Source: an uncultured Clostridia bacterium
GTDB taxonomy: Bacteria > Bacillota > Clostridia > Christensenellales > CAG-917
Reading direction: 5' to 3'
DNA: 64,000 bases
NCBI GenBank assembly: GCA_944372795.1
Contig: CALWAF010000003.1
Location: 5,443 to 69,442, forward strand
The notes beneath the pieces were generated by a model that was given only the letters and a program-made list of their open reading frames with translations, was not told the DNA's origin and ran no database searches. The position numbers were made by a program, and so were the translations under genes. Within the stretch, counting starts at the first letter, position 1. Each line of letters begins with the position of its first letter. Below, one piece after another: positions 13,206 through 23,193 of this stretch.

Positions 13206-13263
13206 AGGTCTTGCTATCAAAAAAGCACGGCCGTTCGTAGGGCCGATTGCGAAGGAGTTTTTT

Positions 13264-15201
13264 ATGATCATCACACTCAAAGACGGAAGCAAAATGCAGC
13301 TGGACGGCGCGATGAGCGCGCTGGACGTTGCAAAGCACATCAGCGAAGGGCTGGCAAGAGCCGCGCTCGTGGCGAAGGCGGACGGGAAGTTCGTGTCCAT
13401 GAACGAGATCATCGACGGCGACTGCACCTTCGAGGTCTTCACTTTCAAGGACGAAGAGGGCAGACTTGCCTATCGTCACACCTGCTCGCACATCCTCGCG
13501 CAGGCGGTGAAGAACATCTATCCCACCGTGCAGCTGGCGATAGGCCCCGCGGTGAAGGACGGATTCTATTACGATTTCGATTTCAAGACCCCCATCACTC
13601 AGGCGGACTTCGACAAGATCGAGGCGGAGATGAAGAGCATCATCAAGGCGGACATGCCCGTCGTGCGCAGCACCATGAGCCGCAAGGATGCCGAAAAGCT
13701 CCTCAAAAAGATGAAGCAGAACTACAAGCTCGAGCTGCTTGCCGACATTCCCGAGGGGGATGAGATAAGTTTCTACACCCAAGGCGATTTCACCGATCTG
13801 TGCGCAGGTCCTCACCTCGCGTCCACGGGCAAGGTGAAGTGCTTCAAGCTGACCTCTCTCACGGGCGCATATTGGCGCGGCAACGAGAAGAACAAGATGC
13901 TCACCCGCATCTACGGCACGGCGTTCGACAAGAAGTCGGACATGGACGAGTATCTCCAGAGGCTGGAAGAGGCGAAGAAGCGCGACCACAACAAGCTGGG
14001 CAGAGAGCTTGGTATCTTCATGACCGACGAGAACATCGGACAGGGTCTGCCGCTCATCATGCCCAAGGGCGCGCGCATCATTCAGACCATGCAGCGTTTC
14101 GTGGAGGACGAGGAACAGCGCCGCGGCTATCTGCTCACCAAGACGCCCATCATGTCCAAGAACAACCTGTTCATCACCTCGGGACATTGGGATCACTATA
14201 AGGACAAGATGTTCTACATCGGCGAGGAAGACGTGGATGACGAGATCCTCTGCCTGCGCCCGATGACCTGTCCCTTCCAATTCACCATCTACAAGAACGG
14301 GTTGAAGTCTTACCGCGATCTGCCCATCCGCTATGCGGAGACCGCCATCGAGTTCCGCAAAGAGGCGAGCGGCGAAATGCACGGGCTCACGCGCATCCGC
14401 CAGTTCACCCTCGCCGACGGGCACATCGTCTGCACCCCCGATCAGCTGGAGAGCGAGTTCGCGGGAGCGGTGGACCTCATCAAATTCATGCTGAAGACCT
14501 TCGACCTCGAGGGCGACGTCACCTATCGTTTCTCCCGCTGGGATCCCAAGAACGCGGACAAGTATGTCGGCAGCGCGGCGGATTGGGAACGCAGCGAAGG
14601 CGCGATGAAGACCATCCTCGAAGACCTCGGCATCGAGTATACCGAAGCGTGGGGCGAGGCTGCGTTCTACGGGCCCAAGCTCGACGTGCAGGGCACCAAC
14701 GTCCACGGCAAGGAGGACACCCTCTTCACCGTGCAGCTGGACTTCGCGCTTGCGGAAAGGTTCGATATGATGTACATCGACGAGAACGGCGAAAAGGCGC
14801 GTCCGCTCATCATCCACCGCAGCTCCATCGGCTGCTATGAGCGCACGCTCGCCATGCTCATCGAGAAATACAACGGCGCATTCCCGCTGTGGCTCGCACC
14901 CGAGCAGGTCAGGGTGCTTTCCCTCACCGACCGCACCGCGGAAAACGCAAAGAAAGTCGCGGCGGAGCTTACGGCGGCGGGACTCCGTGCCGAGCCGGAC
15001 GTGCGCAGCGAGAAGCTGGGCAAGAAGATCCGCGAGGCGCAGCTGGAGAAGGTGCCTTACGTCCTCGTCATCGGCGACAAGGAAGCGGAGGAAGGCGTGG
15101 TCGCCGTCCGTCACCGCGCGGAGGGAGACCTCGGCACCATGACCGTGGCGGACTTCGTCGCAAAAGCGCAGGAGGAGATCGCAAGCAAAGTGAGGAAGTG
15201 A
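13264..15201 (+). CDS. thrS: Threonine--tRNA ligase
   Basis: N-terminal TGS domain MIITLKDGS. Editing domain HTCSHILAQA. Class II core RPMTCPFQ and FRKEASGEMHGLTRIRQFT. GGAG RBS before ATG 13264. Confidence 0.95.
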   Translation: MIITLKDGSKMQLDGAMSALDVAKHISEGLARAALVAKADGKFVSMNEIIDGDCTFEVFTFKDEEGRLAYRHTCSHILAQAVKNIYPTVQLAIGPAVKDGFYYDFDFKTPITQADFDKIEAEMKSIIKADMPVVRSTMSRKDAEKLLKKMKQNYKLELLADIPEGDEISFYTQGDFTDLCAGPHLASTGKVKCFKLTSLTGAYWRGNEKNKMLTRIYGTAFDKKSDMDEYLQRLEEAKKRDHNKLGRELGIFMTDENIGQGLPLIMPKGARIIQTMQRFVEDEEQRRGYLLTKTPIMSKNNLFITSGHWDHYKDKMFYIGEEDVDDEILCLRPMTCPFQFTIYKNGLKSYRDLPIRYAETAIEFRKEASGEMHGLTRIRQFTLADGHIVCTPDQLESEFAGAVDLIKFMLKTFDLEGDVTYRFSRWDPKNADKYVGSAADWERSEGAMKTILEDLGIEYTEAWGEAAFYGPKLDVQGTNVHGKEDTLFTVQLDFALAERFDMMYIDENGEKARPLIIHRSSIGCYERTLAMLIEKYNGAFPLWLAPEQVRVLSLTDRTAENAKKVAAELTAAGLRAEPDVRSEKLGKKIREAQLEKVPYVLVIGDKEAEEGVVAVRHRAEGDLGTMTVADFVAKAQEEIASKVRK

Positions 15202-15226
15202 CTCCCTTGCACATCACGTTTTCAAA

Positions 15227-15257
15227 GGGCTCTCCCATAGGGAGGGCTCTTTTTTTT
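15227..15257 (+). terminator. Rho-independent terminator after thrS
   Basis: GGGCTCTCCC-ATA-GGGAGGGCTC stem (two G-U pairs) followed by T8. Confidence 0.75.
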
Positions 15258-15367
15258 GCGGGAGGGGAGAGCGGCTGCGGATATATCGGGAGTTTTCGAC
15301 ACGATATTGCATTTTTCGCGCAGGGGGAGTAAAATAACATCGACATCTCTTTGTGGGGAAAGGGCAG

Positions 15368-16123
15368 ATGATATTTTCCGGACCGCATTACTATCTCGGG
15401 CTCATACAGGCGGCGCTTGCCGTTTGTTACGTGTTGCTGGGGGTGTTCGCGGCGGGCAGGAACAAGTGGGTGGACCGCATCGCGGCGTGGGTGATCGGAG
15501 CCTATCTTCTGCTGTATAAGTCATGGGAGTACGGCCCCTTTAGCACGGTGCCCGTCGATCTTTCGGCGATCTCCTATTTCCTCTTCGGAGTGGCGGCGTT
15601 CGTGCCCTTCCGCCCCGTCAAAGCGGCGGGATCGGTGAGCGCGATGTTGAGCGGCGCCGTCTACTTCTTCACCATGATCCTCTATCCCGAGACCCACGTC
15701 GAAAGTCTGCTTGCCAACAGGTGGTATCTGCTCATCATGGCGATGGTCAATCACAACCTGATGTTCGTGGGCGGGCTCTTCCTCTGTGCGCGCAACACCT
15801 TCCGCCGCACGGACTGCGTATGGGTGCTGGGCTGGTTCGCCTTTTATCTTGCCTACTACGAGCTCGTCACCGCAGGCTACGGCATGACGTCCAACGTCAC
15901 CGCCATCACGGGCATTCTGGACGGCAGTCTCGTAGCCGGCGTGCTGAGTCTCCCTCTCACCGCGGGTTATTATGTCGGCTACTATATCATCGTCATCCTA
16001 GCCCTCGCGCTCATCGCCTCCGTTTTCGTGCTGCTCAACCGCGCTTTTGCCCGCCGCAGGGAGAGGAAAGGCGTGTTTTTGCCCGCGTTTTCTACCTCAC
16101 CGCTTGCGGGATATGCCGCCTGA
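15368..16123 (+). CDS. Hypothetical polytopic membrane protein
   Basis: Seven or so hydrophobic segments and a basic C-terminus (RAFARRRERK). No recognisable family motif. The start could instead be GTG at 15353. Confidence 0.6.
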   Translation: MIFSGPHYYLGLIQAALAVCYVLLGVFAAGRNKWVDRIAAWVIGAYLLLYKSWEYGPFSTVPVDLSAISYFLFGVAAFVPFRPVKAAGSVSAMLSGAVYFFTMILYPETHVESLLANRWYLLIMAMVNHNLMFVGGLFLCARNTFRRTDCVWVLGWFAFYLAYYELVTAGYGMTSNVTAITGILDGSLVAGVLSLPLTAGYYVGYYIIVILALALIASVFVLLNRAFARRRERKGVFLPAFSTSPLAGYAA

Positions 16124-16154
16124 CCGACTTTTCGCGAAAGGAGCCTTCATTTGC

Positions 16155-16183
16155 TTGACAGCGTCGTTGAGAGATGGTAATAT
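16155..16183 (+). promoter_or_regulatory. Sigma-A promoter with extended -10 (TTGACA-17 nt-TGGTAATAT) for the infC operon
   Basis: TTGACA at 16155-16160, TG at 16175-16176, TAATAT at 16178-16183. Confidence 0.6.
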
Positions 16184-16301
16184 CTTCACGCAAGCAAAGG
16201 TTTCCTTTCACCGCAGGCTCGCGCCGAACGGTCGTCACTTGAAGTTTTTCCCCTCGGGGGAGTGTGGTGTCGGAGACTTTTGTCTGCCGACATTTTTCTT
16301 T
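16184..16301 (+). promoter_or_regulatory. infC operon leader with a terminator-like hairpin (candidate L20-responsive attenuator)
   Basis: GTCGGAGAC-TTTT-GTCTGCCGAC (16269-16291) followed by ATTTTTCTTT, 15 nt upstream of the infC start. In position it is analogous to the Bacillus L20 leader. The sequence was not compared to the Rfam model. Confidence 0.4.
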
Positions 16302-16315
16302 GGGAGGGCTCTTTT

Positions 16316-16831
16316 TTGAAAGAGTTGATCATCAACGAGAGGATACGCGACCGCGAGGTCAGGCTCATCGGCGAGGACGGCACTCAATTCGGCATCCTGC
16401 CCATCTCCGAAGCGCGGAGGATCGCGGAAGAGAAAGGGCTGGACATCTGCAAGGTCTCGCCCCCCGACGTCACCCCCGCCACCTGCAAGCTGATGGACTA
16501 CGGCAAATACCGCTACGATCAGCAGAAGCGCGAGAAGGAGCAGCGCAAGAACCAGCGCATCGTGGAACTGAAAGAGGTCAGGCTCTCCGCCACCATCGAC
16601 ATCGGCGACACCAAGCGTCTTGCGGCGCAGACGGCGAAGTTCATCCAAGAGGGCAACAAGGTCAAGGCGTCCATCCGTCTCAAGGGCAGACAGCAGGCGC
16701 ACCCGGACATCGCCATCGGCATCATCAAGGATTACATCGAGATGGTGGGCGAGGACGCCGTCGTCGAAAAGGCGCCCGTGCAGGAAGGCAGGATGATATT
16801 CACCATCCTCGCTCCCAAGAACAAGAAATAG
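16316..16831 (+). CDS. infC: Translation initiation factor IF-3
   Basis: (M)KELIINERIRDREVRLIGEDG matches the IF-3 N-terminus. Non-ATG start TTG at 16316 lies 7 nt after GGGAGGG. The upstream extension to 16262 would run through the attenuator hairpin. Confidence 0.9.
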   Translation: MKELIINERIRDREVRLIGEDGTQFGILPISEARRIAEEKGLDICKVSPPDVTPATCKLMDYGKYRYDQQKREKEQRKNQRIVELKEVRLSATIDIGDTKRLAAQTAKFIQEGNKVKASIRLKGRQQAHPDIAIGIIKDYIEMVGEDAVVEKAPVQEGRMIFTILAPKNKK

Positions 16832-16887
16832 TCAATCACGCGCGGACCGCGGTCCGCGGCAGGCAAAAAAATCAATAGGAGGCTATC

Positions 16888-17085
16888 ATGCCAAAGCAGA
16901 AAACCCACAGCGGAGCAAAAAAGCGCTTCAGAAAGAGCGCGAACGGTCACTATAAGTGCGACCACAGCGGTCACGATCACATCCTGACCAAGAAGACCAC
17001 CAAGAGAAAGCGCTCGTTGAGAAAGGATCAGTACATCGATCAGACCAAAGAGGCCGAGCTCAAGAGACTGCTGCCCTATAAGTAA
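16888..17085 (+). CDS. rpmI: 50S ribosomal protein L35
   Basis: [20 protein letters not shown], 65 aa, AGGAGG RBS, located between infC and rplT. Confidence 0.97.
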   Translation: MPKQKTHSGAKKRFRKSANGHYKCDHSGHDHILTKKTTKRKRSLRKDQYIDQTKEAELKRLLPYK

Positions 17086-17100
17086 GAGGAGATACGTGAT

Positions 17101-17454
17101 ATGAGAATCAAAAGAGCCGTAAGCGCCGTCAAGAAGCGCAGAAAGATAATGAAGCAAGCCAAGGGCTACTACGGCGGCAAGAGCCGTCTTTACCGCGTCG
17201 CGAAACAGCAGGTCATGCGCAGCGGCTATTATGCCTACGTCGGCAGAAAGCAGAAGAAGCGTGATTTCAGAAAGCTGTGGATCGCGCGTATCAACGCCGC
17301 GGCACGTCTCAATGACCTCAGCTACTCCAAGTTCATGCACGGGCTCAAGCTCGCGGGCATCGATCTCAACCGCAAGGTCCTCGCAGACATCGCCGTCAGC
17401 GACCCCAAAGCGTTCTCCGCTCTGTGCGATCAGGCAAAGGCGAAGCTCGCGTAA
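17101..17454 (+). CDS. rplT: 50S ribosomal protein L20
   Basis: [25 protein letters not shown]...[14 protein letters not shown], 117 aa. Confidence 0.97.
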   Translation: MRIKRAVSAVKKRRKIMKQAKGYYGGKSRLYRVAKQQVMRSGYYAYVGRKQKKRDFRKLWIARINAAARLNDLSYSKFMHGLKLAGIDLNRKVLADIAVSDPKAFSALCDQAKAKLA

Positions 17455-17462
17455 ACATCACG

Positions 17463-17486
17463 GAGGCGCCTCGTGCGCCTCTTTTT
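17463..17486 (+). terminator. Rho-independent terminator after rplT
   Basis: GAGGCGC-CTCGT-GCGCCTC followed by T5. Confidence 0.75.
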
Positions 17487-17493
17487 GCAGATA

Positions 17494-18252
17494 ATGGACG
17501 TCATCACTTCGACGCAGAACAGGACGATAAAGCTCTTCCGCTCTCTTTCGGAAAAGAAGTTCCGCAAGGGAGAGGGGCTTTTCGCAGTCGAAGGAGGCAA
17601 CCTCGTCCGTGACATCCCGCCCTCTGCCGACGTGCGGTTCGTGCTCGCCACCCCCGCCCGCGCGGAAGAGGCGGAAGCGCGGTTTTCCGGCACGGGAGCG
17701 CAGGTGTACCTCGTCTCGGACGAAGTGATGAAGAGCGTCTCCGACACCGTCACCCCTTACGGGCTCGCGGCGGCGGTGGCGCTGCCCGAGAGGGAATTTT
17801 CCCTCCCCGAAGGCAACGCCGTCCTGCTGGACGGAGTGTCCGACCCCGGCAATCTCGGCACCGTCATACGTACGGCGGCGGCGACGGGGTTCGGCGACGT
17901 CTATCTTCTCGGATGCGCTGACGCCTATGCGCCCAAGACGGTGCGGGCGAGCATGGGAGGGATATTCCGCGTGCGCGTTTTCGAAGTGGACGAGGACGGC
18001 GCGGTGCGGCTGGCGTCCGCCACACGTTCGGCGGCACTGGACATGGCGGGAGATGACATCTTTTCCGCGCACCTTTCAGCGCCCGTGCTCATCGTCGCGG
18101 GCAGCGAAGCGCACGGAGTGAGGGAGTCCGTCCTGCGCGCGTCGCGCGAAGTGCTCTCGCTCCCGATGACGGGCGGCATGGAATCTCTCAACGTAGCGGT
18201 CGCGGCGGGTGTCGCGATGTACAGCGTTTTTTCACAGTCAAACAATAGATAA
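17494..18252 (+). CDS. TrmH/SpoU-family RNA 2'-O-methyltransferase (YsgA-like)
   Basis: N-terminal [23 protein letters not shown]. SpoU motifs [27 protein letters not shown] and [12 protein letters not shown]. Same position as Bacillus ysgA after rplT. Confidence 0.85.
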   Translation: MDVITSTQNRTIKLFRSLSEKKFRKGEGLFAVEGGNLVRDIPPSADVRFVLATPARAEEAEARFSGTGAQVYLVSDEVMKSVSDTVTPYGLAAAVALPEREFSLPEGNAVLLDGVSDPGNLGTVIRTAAATGFGDVYLLGCADAYAPKTVRASMGGIFRVRVFEVDEDGAVRLASATRSAALDMAGDDIFSAHLSAPVLIVAGSEAHGVRESVLRASREVLSLPMTGGMESLNVAVAAGVAMYSVFSQSNNR

Positions 18253-18266
18253 GTTACGGAGGCTTT

Positions 18267-19013
18267 ATGAGCGGACATAGCAAATGGCATAACATTCAGC
18301 AGAAAAAGGGCAAATCCGACGCCGCGCGCGCCAATGTCTTCACCAAGATAGGCCGCGAGATCGCGGTCGCCGTCAAGCAGGGCGGGGCAGACCCCAACTC
18401 CAACAGCAAACTGCGCGACGCCATCGCCAAGGCGAAAGCCAACAATATGCCCAACGACAACATCTCCCGCAGTATCAAGAAGGCGAGCGGGGAGCTGGGC
18501 AGCATCAACTACGAAGATATGACCTACGAGGGATACGGCGTGGGCGGCACCGCCTTCATCGTGGAAGCCCTCACCGACAACAAGAACCGCACCGCGGGCG
18601 ACGTGAGGCACCTCTTTGATAAGTACGGCGGCTCCATGGGCGCCACGGGCTGCGTGTCCTTCATGTTCAAGCGTAAGGGCGTCATCGCGGTCGCCAAGGC
18701 GGACATCTCGGAAGACGACCTCATGATGCTCGCGCTCGAAGCGGGCGCAGAGGACATCCTCTCCGACGACGATGAGGTCTTCGAGGTGCTCACCGCTCCT
18801 TCCGACCTCGGCAGCGTGCGCGACGAGCTGGAGAAGAACGGAGTCAAGCTGCTCTCCGCCGAAGTGGACATGATCCCCGAAAACATGGTCAATCCCGACG
18901 AGGGACAGCAGGAGACCCTGCTCAAGATGATCGACAAGCTCGAGGAGCTCGATGACGTGCAGAACGTCTATCACAACGCAGTCATAACGATAATCGACGA
19001 GGAAGAGGAATGA
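18267..19013 (+). CDS. yebC: YebC/PmpR family DNA-binding transcriptional regulator
   Basis: [32 protein letters not shown] is the family signature N-terminus. 248 aa. Confidence 0.95.
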   Translation: MSGHSKWHNIQQKKGKSDAARANVFTKIGREIAVAVKQGGADPNSNSKLRDAIAKAKANNMPNDNISRSIKKASGELGSINYEDMTYEGYGVGGTAFIVEALTDNKNRTAGDVRHLFDKYGGSMGATGCVSFMFKRKGVIAVAKADISEDDLMMLALEAGAEDILSDDDEVFEVLTAPSDLGSVRDELEKNGVKLLSAEVDMIPENMVNPDEGQQETLLKMIDKLEELDDVQNVYHNAVITIIDEEEE

Positions 19014-20266
19014 TGGTCGACGTCAAGGACATCTGTTCGAGAGCGAAAAAGGCGTCCTACGATCTTGCCGCGTGCACCGCGGATGAGAAGAACGCCATGC
19101 TCGAAGCCGCCGCCCGCGCTCTCACTGACGCGGACACCCTCGCACGCCTTGCGGCAGCCAACGCAAAGGACGTCGAGGCGGCAAAGGCGAACGGCAAGCC
19201 CGCTCCCTTCATCGACAGGCTCACCCTCAACGAGAAGCGCATCGCCACCATGATCGAGGGTTTGAAGCAGGTCGCGGCGCTCCCCGATCCCGTGGGCGAA
19301 GTCGTCGAGGAGAGGACTCTGCCAAACGGTCTCGACATCAGACGCGTGAGAGCACCTCTCGGCGTCATCGGAATCATCTACGAGGCGCGCCCCAACGTCA
19401 CGGTGGACGCGGCGGCTCTCTGCCTCAAATCAGGCAACTCCGTGGTGCTGCGCGGAGGCAAGGACGCCCTCAACTCCAACCGCGTGCTCTATGAGGTCAT
19501 GCGCGATGCCGTGGTGTCTGCGGGAGGCTGCGGCGACGTGGTCGGTTTCATAGACGATCCTTCCCGTGACGCCAGCCGCGTGATGCTGGAACAGGAAGGG
19601 CTCATCGACGTCATCATCCCGCGCGGCGGGGAGGGCTTGAAAAACTTCGTGCTGGAACACGCGAAGATGCCCGTCATCGCGTCTGCGGGCGGCAACTGCC
19701 ACACCTATGTCGATAAGACGGCGGATCTTGAAAAGGCAGTCCCCGTCATCGTCAACGCCAAGGTGCAGCGTCCCTCCACCTGCAACGCGCTGGAACACGT
19801 CCTCGTCGACCGCGAGATCGCAGGGGCGTTCCTGCCCGTGCTGTACGCCGCACTCAAGGAAAACGGTGTGACCGTGCTGGGCACCGAAGAGGTGCGAGCC
19901 ATTCTCCCCGAAGTCGAACTTGCGACCGAACAGGACTTTTACACAGAGTTTTCAGGCTATAAAATCACGTTTATGACGGTTGACGACGTCAAAGAGGCCG
20001 TCGATTTCATCAACGCGCACAGCACAAATCACTCCGATGCCATACTGTCGCGCGACAAGAGCGCCATCGACTATTTCACCACCCGCGTCGATTCCGCGGC
20101 GGTGTACGTCAACGCGTCCACGCGCTTTACGGACGGCTTCGAGTTCGGTCTCGGCGCCGAGATGGGCATCTCCACGCAGAAGCTCCACGCGAGGGGGCCG
20201 ATAGCTTTGAAGGAGCTGACCTCGGTCAAGTACGTCATCACAGGCGACGGACAGGTCAGAAAATGA
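19010..20266 (+). CDS. proA: Glutamate-5-semialdehyde dehydrogenase
   Basis: [28 protein letters not shown] and [14 protein letters not shown] motifs. 418 aa. ATGA overlap with yebC. Confidence 0.95.
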   Translation: MMVDVKDICSRAKKASYDLAACTADEKNAMLEAAARALTDADTLARLAAANAKDVEAAKANGKPAPFIDRLTLNEKRIATMIEGLKQVAALPDPVGEVVEERTLPNGLDIRRVRAPLGVIGIIYEARPNVTVDAAALCLKSGNSVVLRGGKDALNSNRVLYEVMRDAVVSAGGCGDVVGFIDDPSRDASRVMLEQEGLIDVIIPRGGEGLKNFVLEHAKMPVIASAGGNCHTYVDKTADLEKAVPVIVNAKVQRPSTCNALEHVLVDREIAGAFLPVLYAALKENGVTVLGTEEVRAILPEVELATEQDFYTEFSGYKITFMTVDDVKEAVDFINAHSTNHSDAILSRDKSAIDYFTTRVDSAAVYVNASTRFTDGFEFGLGAEMGISTQKLHARGPIALKELTSVKYVITGDGQVRK

Positions 20267-20302
20267 AATGAGGGCGGGCGCGGATGCGCCCGCATTCGAT
20301 TT

Positions 20303-21445
20303 ATGAAAAGGATATATCTCGACAACGCCGCCACCACCCCTCTCTCGGATGAGGCGAGGGCGGCAATGCAGCCTTACGGTGCGGAGCTCTTCGGCAACGC
20401 GGACTCCCGCCACTCCTTCGGGCGCGACGCCGCGGCGGCGCTGGCTTCCGCACGCGCACGCATCGCGGGATGTATCGGGGCTGCACCCGAAGAGATCTAC
20501 TTCACCTCCGGCGGCACAGAGTCGGACAATTGGGCGCTGAAAGGCGCGGCGTTTGCGAAGGGACGGGGCAGAGTGATCGTGTCCGCCGTCGAGCATCCCG
20601 CAGTCTACGAGAGCGCGCGGCAGCTCGAAAGGCTGGGATATCCTCTTTCGGTGCTTCCCGTGGACGGCGAAGGTTTCGTCCGTCCGCAAAGCCTTGCCGA
20701 TTCGGTGGGTGAGGACGTCGTCCTCGTCAGTGTCATGACGGCAAACAACGAGACGGGCAGCATCCAACCCGTACGAGAACTCGCGGACATCGCGCATTCG
20801 TGCGGTGCGCTCTTCCACACCGACGCCGTGCAGGCGGCGGGCAGCATACCCCTCGACGTCAAGGCGCTCGGGTGCGACATGCTCTCCCTCTCCGCGCACA
20901 AATTCGGCGGACCGAAGGGCTTCGGCGCGCTGTATGTGAAAGAGGGCGTCCGTCTTGAGACGCTGCATTCGGGCGGCGAGCAGGAGAGGGGACGCAGGGG
21001 CGGCACTTCGGACGTTGCGGGTGCGTGCGGCACCGCGGCGGCGCTGGAAGCCGCAGTGGCGAGGATGAGAGAGGAAAGCGCGCGTGTGCGCGCGCTGAAA
21101 GAGAGCTTTGTCCGTCGCGTCCGCGAGGGCATCCCGGGCGTCTGCGTGCACGGCACTCTCGATGCGGAAAGGACGCTCCCCGGCATCGTGAACCTCGGCT
21201 TCGACGGCGTCACGGGGGAGGAGATCCTCTTTTCTCTCGACCTCGCGGGAGTCGCCGCATCCAACGGCAGCGCGTGTTCGGCGGGCTCGACGGCGCCCAG
21301 CCGCACCCTTCTTGCCATGGGGCTTTCGCCCGCCGAGGCAAAGGGCGCGGTGCGCTTCTCCTTCGGCAGAGGGAACACCGAGGATGACGCGGAAGAGGCG
21401 TCCGCCGCATTGAAGAGCATCGTCGAGCGTCTGCGCGCAAGATGA
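20303..21445 (+). CDS. Cysteine desulfurase (NifS/IscS class)
   Basis: FTSGGTESDN, PLP lysine context SLSAHKFGGPKG, catalytic Cys context SNGSACSAGS. Confidence 0.9.
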   Translation: MKRIYLDNAATTPLSDEARAAMQPYGAELFGNADSRHSFGRDAAAALASARARIAGCIGAAPEEIYFTSGGTESDNWALKGAAFAKGRGRVIVSAVEHPAVYESARQLERLGYPLSVLPVDGEGFVRPQSLADSVGEDVVLVSVMTANNETGSIQPVRELADIAHSCGALFHTDAVQAAGSIPLDVKALGCDMLSLSAHKFGGPKGFGALYVKEGVRLETLHSGGEQERGRRGGTSDVAGACGTAAALEAAVARMREESARVRALKESFVRRVREGIPGVCVHGTLDAERTLPGIVNLGFDGVTGEEILFSLDLAGVAASNGSACSAGSTAPSRTLLAMGLSPAEAKGAVRFSFGRGNTEDDAEEASAALKSIVERLRAR

Positions 21446-21553
21446 TGCGGAGCGGCAGATCGGCTCTTCGCTCTTCCCGACAGACGAAATTTGCCGATAT
21501 GCCGCAGGAAGCCGAGGAAGCCTTTTCGACACGCAAAACAGACAAATAAAAGG

Positions 21554-21580
21554 AAGACGGAGCGCAACGCTCCGTCTTTT
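21554..21580. terminator. Bidirectional rho-independent terminator
   Basis: AAGACGGAGCG-CAA-CGCTCCGTCTT flanked by an A-run and a T-run. Lies between convergent genes. Confidence 0.75.
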
Positions 21581-21714
21581 CAGTCCAGCACTTCTTCCAG
21601 CTTGTGAAGGAGCGCTTTTTTGGTCTTTTTGACCAGATTCTGGTTGCTTGCCGAGTAGATCGCCGTCGCCGTCACGACGCCGAGCACGGCGCCTATCCAC
21701 ATTGAGTTTTTCAT
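21580..21714 (-). CDS. Small (44 aa) single-pass membrane protein; below the ORF-track size cutoff
   Basis: Translation: MKNSMWIGAVLGVVTATAIYSASNQNLVKKTKKALLHKLEEVLD. GGAGG RBS 5 nt upstream of ATG (21714). The terminator sits at the stop codon. Confidence 0.55.
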   Translation of the reverse strand: MKNSMWIGAVLGVVTATAIYSASNQNLVKKTKKALLHKLEEVLD

Positions 21715-21881
21715 GATGACCTCCCGCATACAGTTTGCGCAAAGACGCGCAGGATATGCGTCCCGTTCCGCCTTGTTTGCCGTGCGAACGCTGCTGCCGT
21801 GCGGGGCGAGGTGCAGGAAGAGCGCAAAGAAAACGCCGAAGCGGGTCGCCTCGGCGTTTGAGCTGTTGCGGGATTTCTCGG

Positions 21882-23036
21882 TCAGACCCTGACGGGGGTG
21901 AGCCCCGCTCCCTCGAGGAAGTCGATGAGGGTCATCGAAGTCACGGCATAGCCAATGTTTTCGACGTTTTCGTAGGTGATCTTGGACTCGACGATGCCCA
22001 CCACTTCGCCTTTATTATTGACCATGGGTCCGCCGGAGTTGCCGCCGTTGATGGCGCTGTCCGTCTGATAGAAGGTGCCCGCACCCCAAGAGGAAAGGGT
22101 GTGTTCCGTGGCGGAGATGATGCCCGTGGACAGGCTCAAGACCGCTTGTGTAGCGTCGCTGCCGGGGGAGGGATAGCCCACCACGGCTATATTTTCGCCG
22201 TAGTCCGCGCCTTCAGTCGCGATGTTGAGGGAGGGATAGGTGGTTTCGTCGGGCGCGTCGCTCTTGAAGCGCAGCACCGCAAGGTCGGGGAGGGTGGTGT
22301 AGTCGCTGTCTACGACCTCATTCGTGCCTTCGACCACTTCGAGATAGGAGCCTACCTCGACCACCTCGAGCTCGAATGCGCCGGATTCCCCGTTCATGAG
22401 AGAGCAGGAGATGGATCTGCGCACCTGAAATTCATAGCCCGAGGAGGCGCCGCCCAGTATCCCGCCTATGCCGCCGCTCCACGGAAAGTCGCTGCCGCCG
22501 GAAGAGGATCTTTTGCGCAAGGTCTCGAGCACGACGTGGGCGTTGGTGACAACATATCTTTCTCTGTTGCCCTCCGCGTCCTCCGCCGTGATGAGGAAGC
22601 CGGAGCCGTAGGAACGGTTCTCTTCGCCCGTCGCTATGATCTGCACGGTGGAGTAGACTGTCCGGGTGCCCGCGACTGCCGCTGCGGAGGTGTTGAGGGC
22701 TGCGATGACGTCGTCTTTTATCTGTTCCAGAACGTCGTCGGAGATGTCTTTGCCTTCGAGATATTCCTCTATGGCTTTCAGATATTCGTCGCGGACGGCG
22801 TTCGTCATGGTGCTTGCGTATTCCTGCGAGATCTGGCTCTTCATCGCGGCGAGCACGATGACGTTTGCCAGCACCGCTATGCACATCACGATGGCGATGA
22901 TGACGAAGAGCACCGTGATGACGGTGAACTTCCTGCCGCTCTTGTTATCCTTCGGGTCGATGGGATCGGGAGTGTGATAGACGGGAGTGCGCTCGCCGCC
23001 GCCGATGTCGTTGAAGAAGTTGTCGTAGTTGTCCAT
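21882..23036 (-). CDS. Membrane-anchored trypsin-like serine protease (S1C/HtrA-like, no obvious PDZ)
   Basis: N-terminal TM segment FTVITVLFVIIAIVMCIAVLANVIVLAA. Catalytic triad contexts TNAHVV, DLAVLRF and GNSGGPMV. Confidence 0.85.
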   Translation of the reverse strand: MDNYDNFFNDIGGGERTPVYHTPDPIDPKDNKSGRKFTVITVLFVIIAIVMCIAVLANVIVLAAMKSQISQEYASTMTNAVRDEYLKAIEEYLEGKDISDDVLEQIKDDVIAALNTSAAAVAGTRTVYSTVQIIATGEENRSYGSGFLITAEDAEGNRERYVVTNAHVVLETLRKRSSSGGSDFPWSGGIGGILGGASSGYEFQVRRSISCSLMNGESGAFELEVVEVGSYLEVVEGTNEVVDSDYTTLPDLAVLRFKSDAPDETTYPSLNIATEGADYGENIAVVGYPSPGSDATQAVLSLSTGIISATEHTLSSWGAGTFYQTDSAINGGNSGGPMVNNKGEVVGIVESKITYENVENIGYAVTSMTLIDFLEGAGLTPVRV

Positions 23037-23168
23037 TTCCGCCTCCGCGAGCTTTGTGACTATATGCTATTTTAAGTAAGTTAAAGGCGCGTTAAAACGT
23101 CAAAATTTGTTTTTTGGAGATTTTTAAGCATAAAATCGGGCGCAGCCGATGAATTTGATGTCATTTTG

Positions 23169-23177
23169 TGATATAGT
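23169..23177 (+). promoter_or_regulatory. Candidate extended -10 element (TGATATAGT) upstream of the Mrr-like gene
   Basis: TG at 23169-23170 and TATAGT at 23172-23177. No good -35 at 17 nt. AT-rich divergent intergenic region. Confidence 0.35.
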
Positions 23178-23193
23178 GAAAGAAAGGTATATT

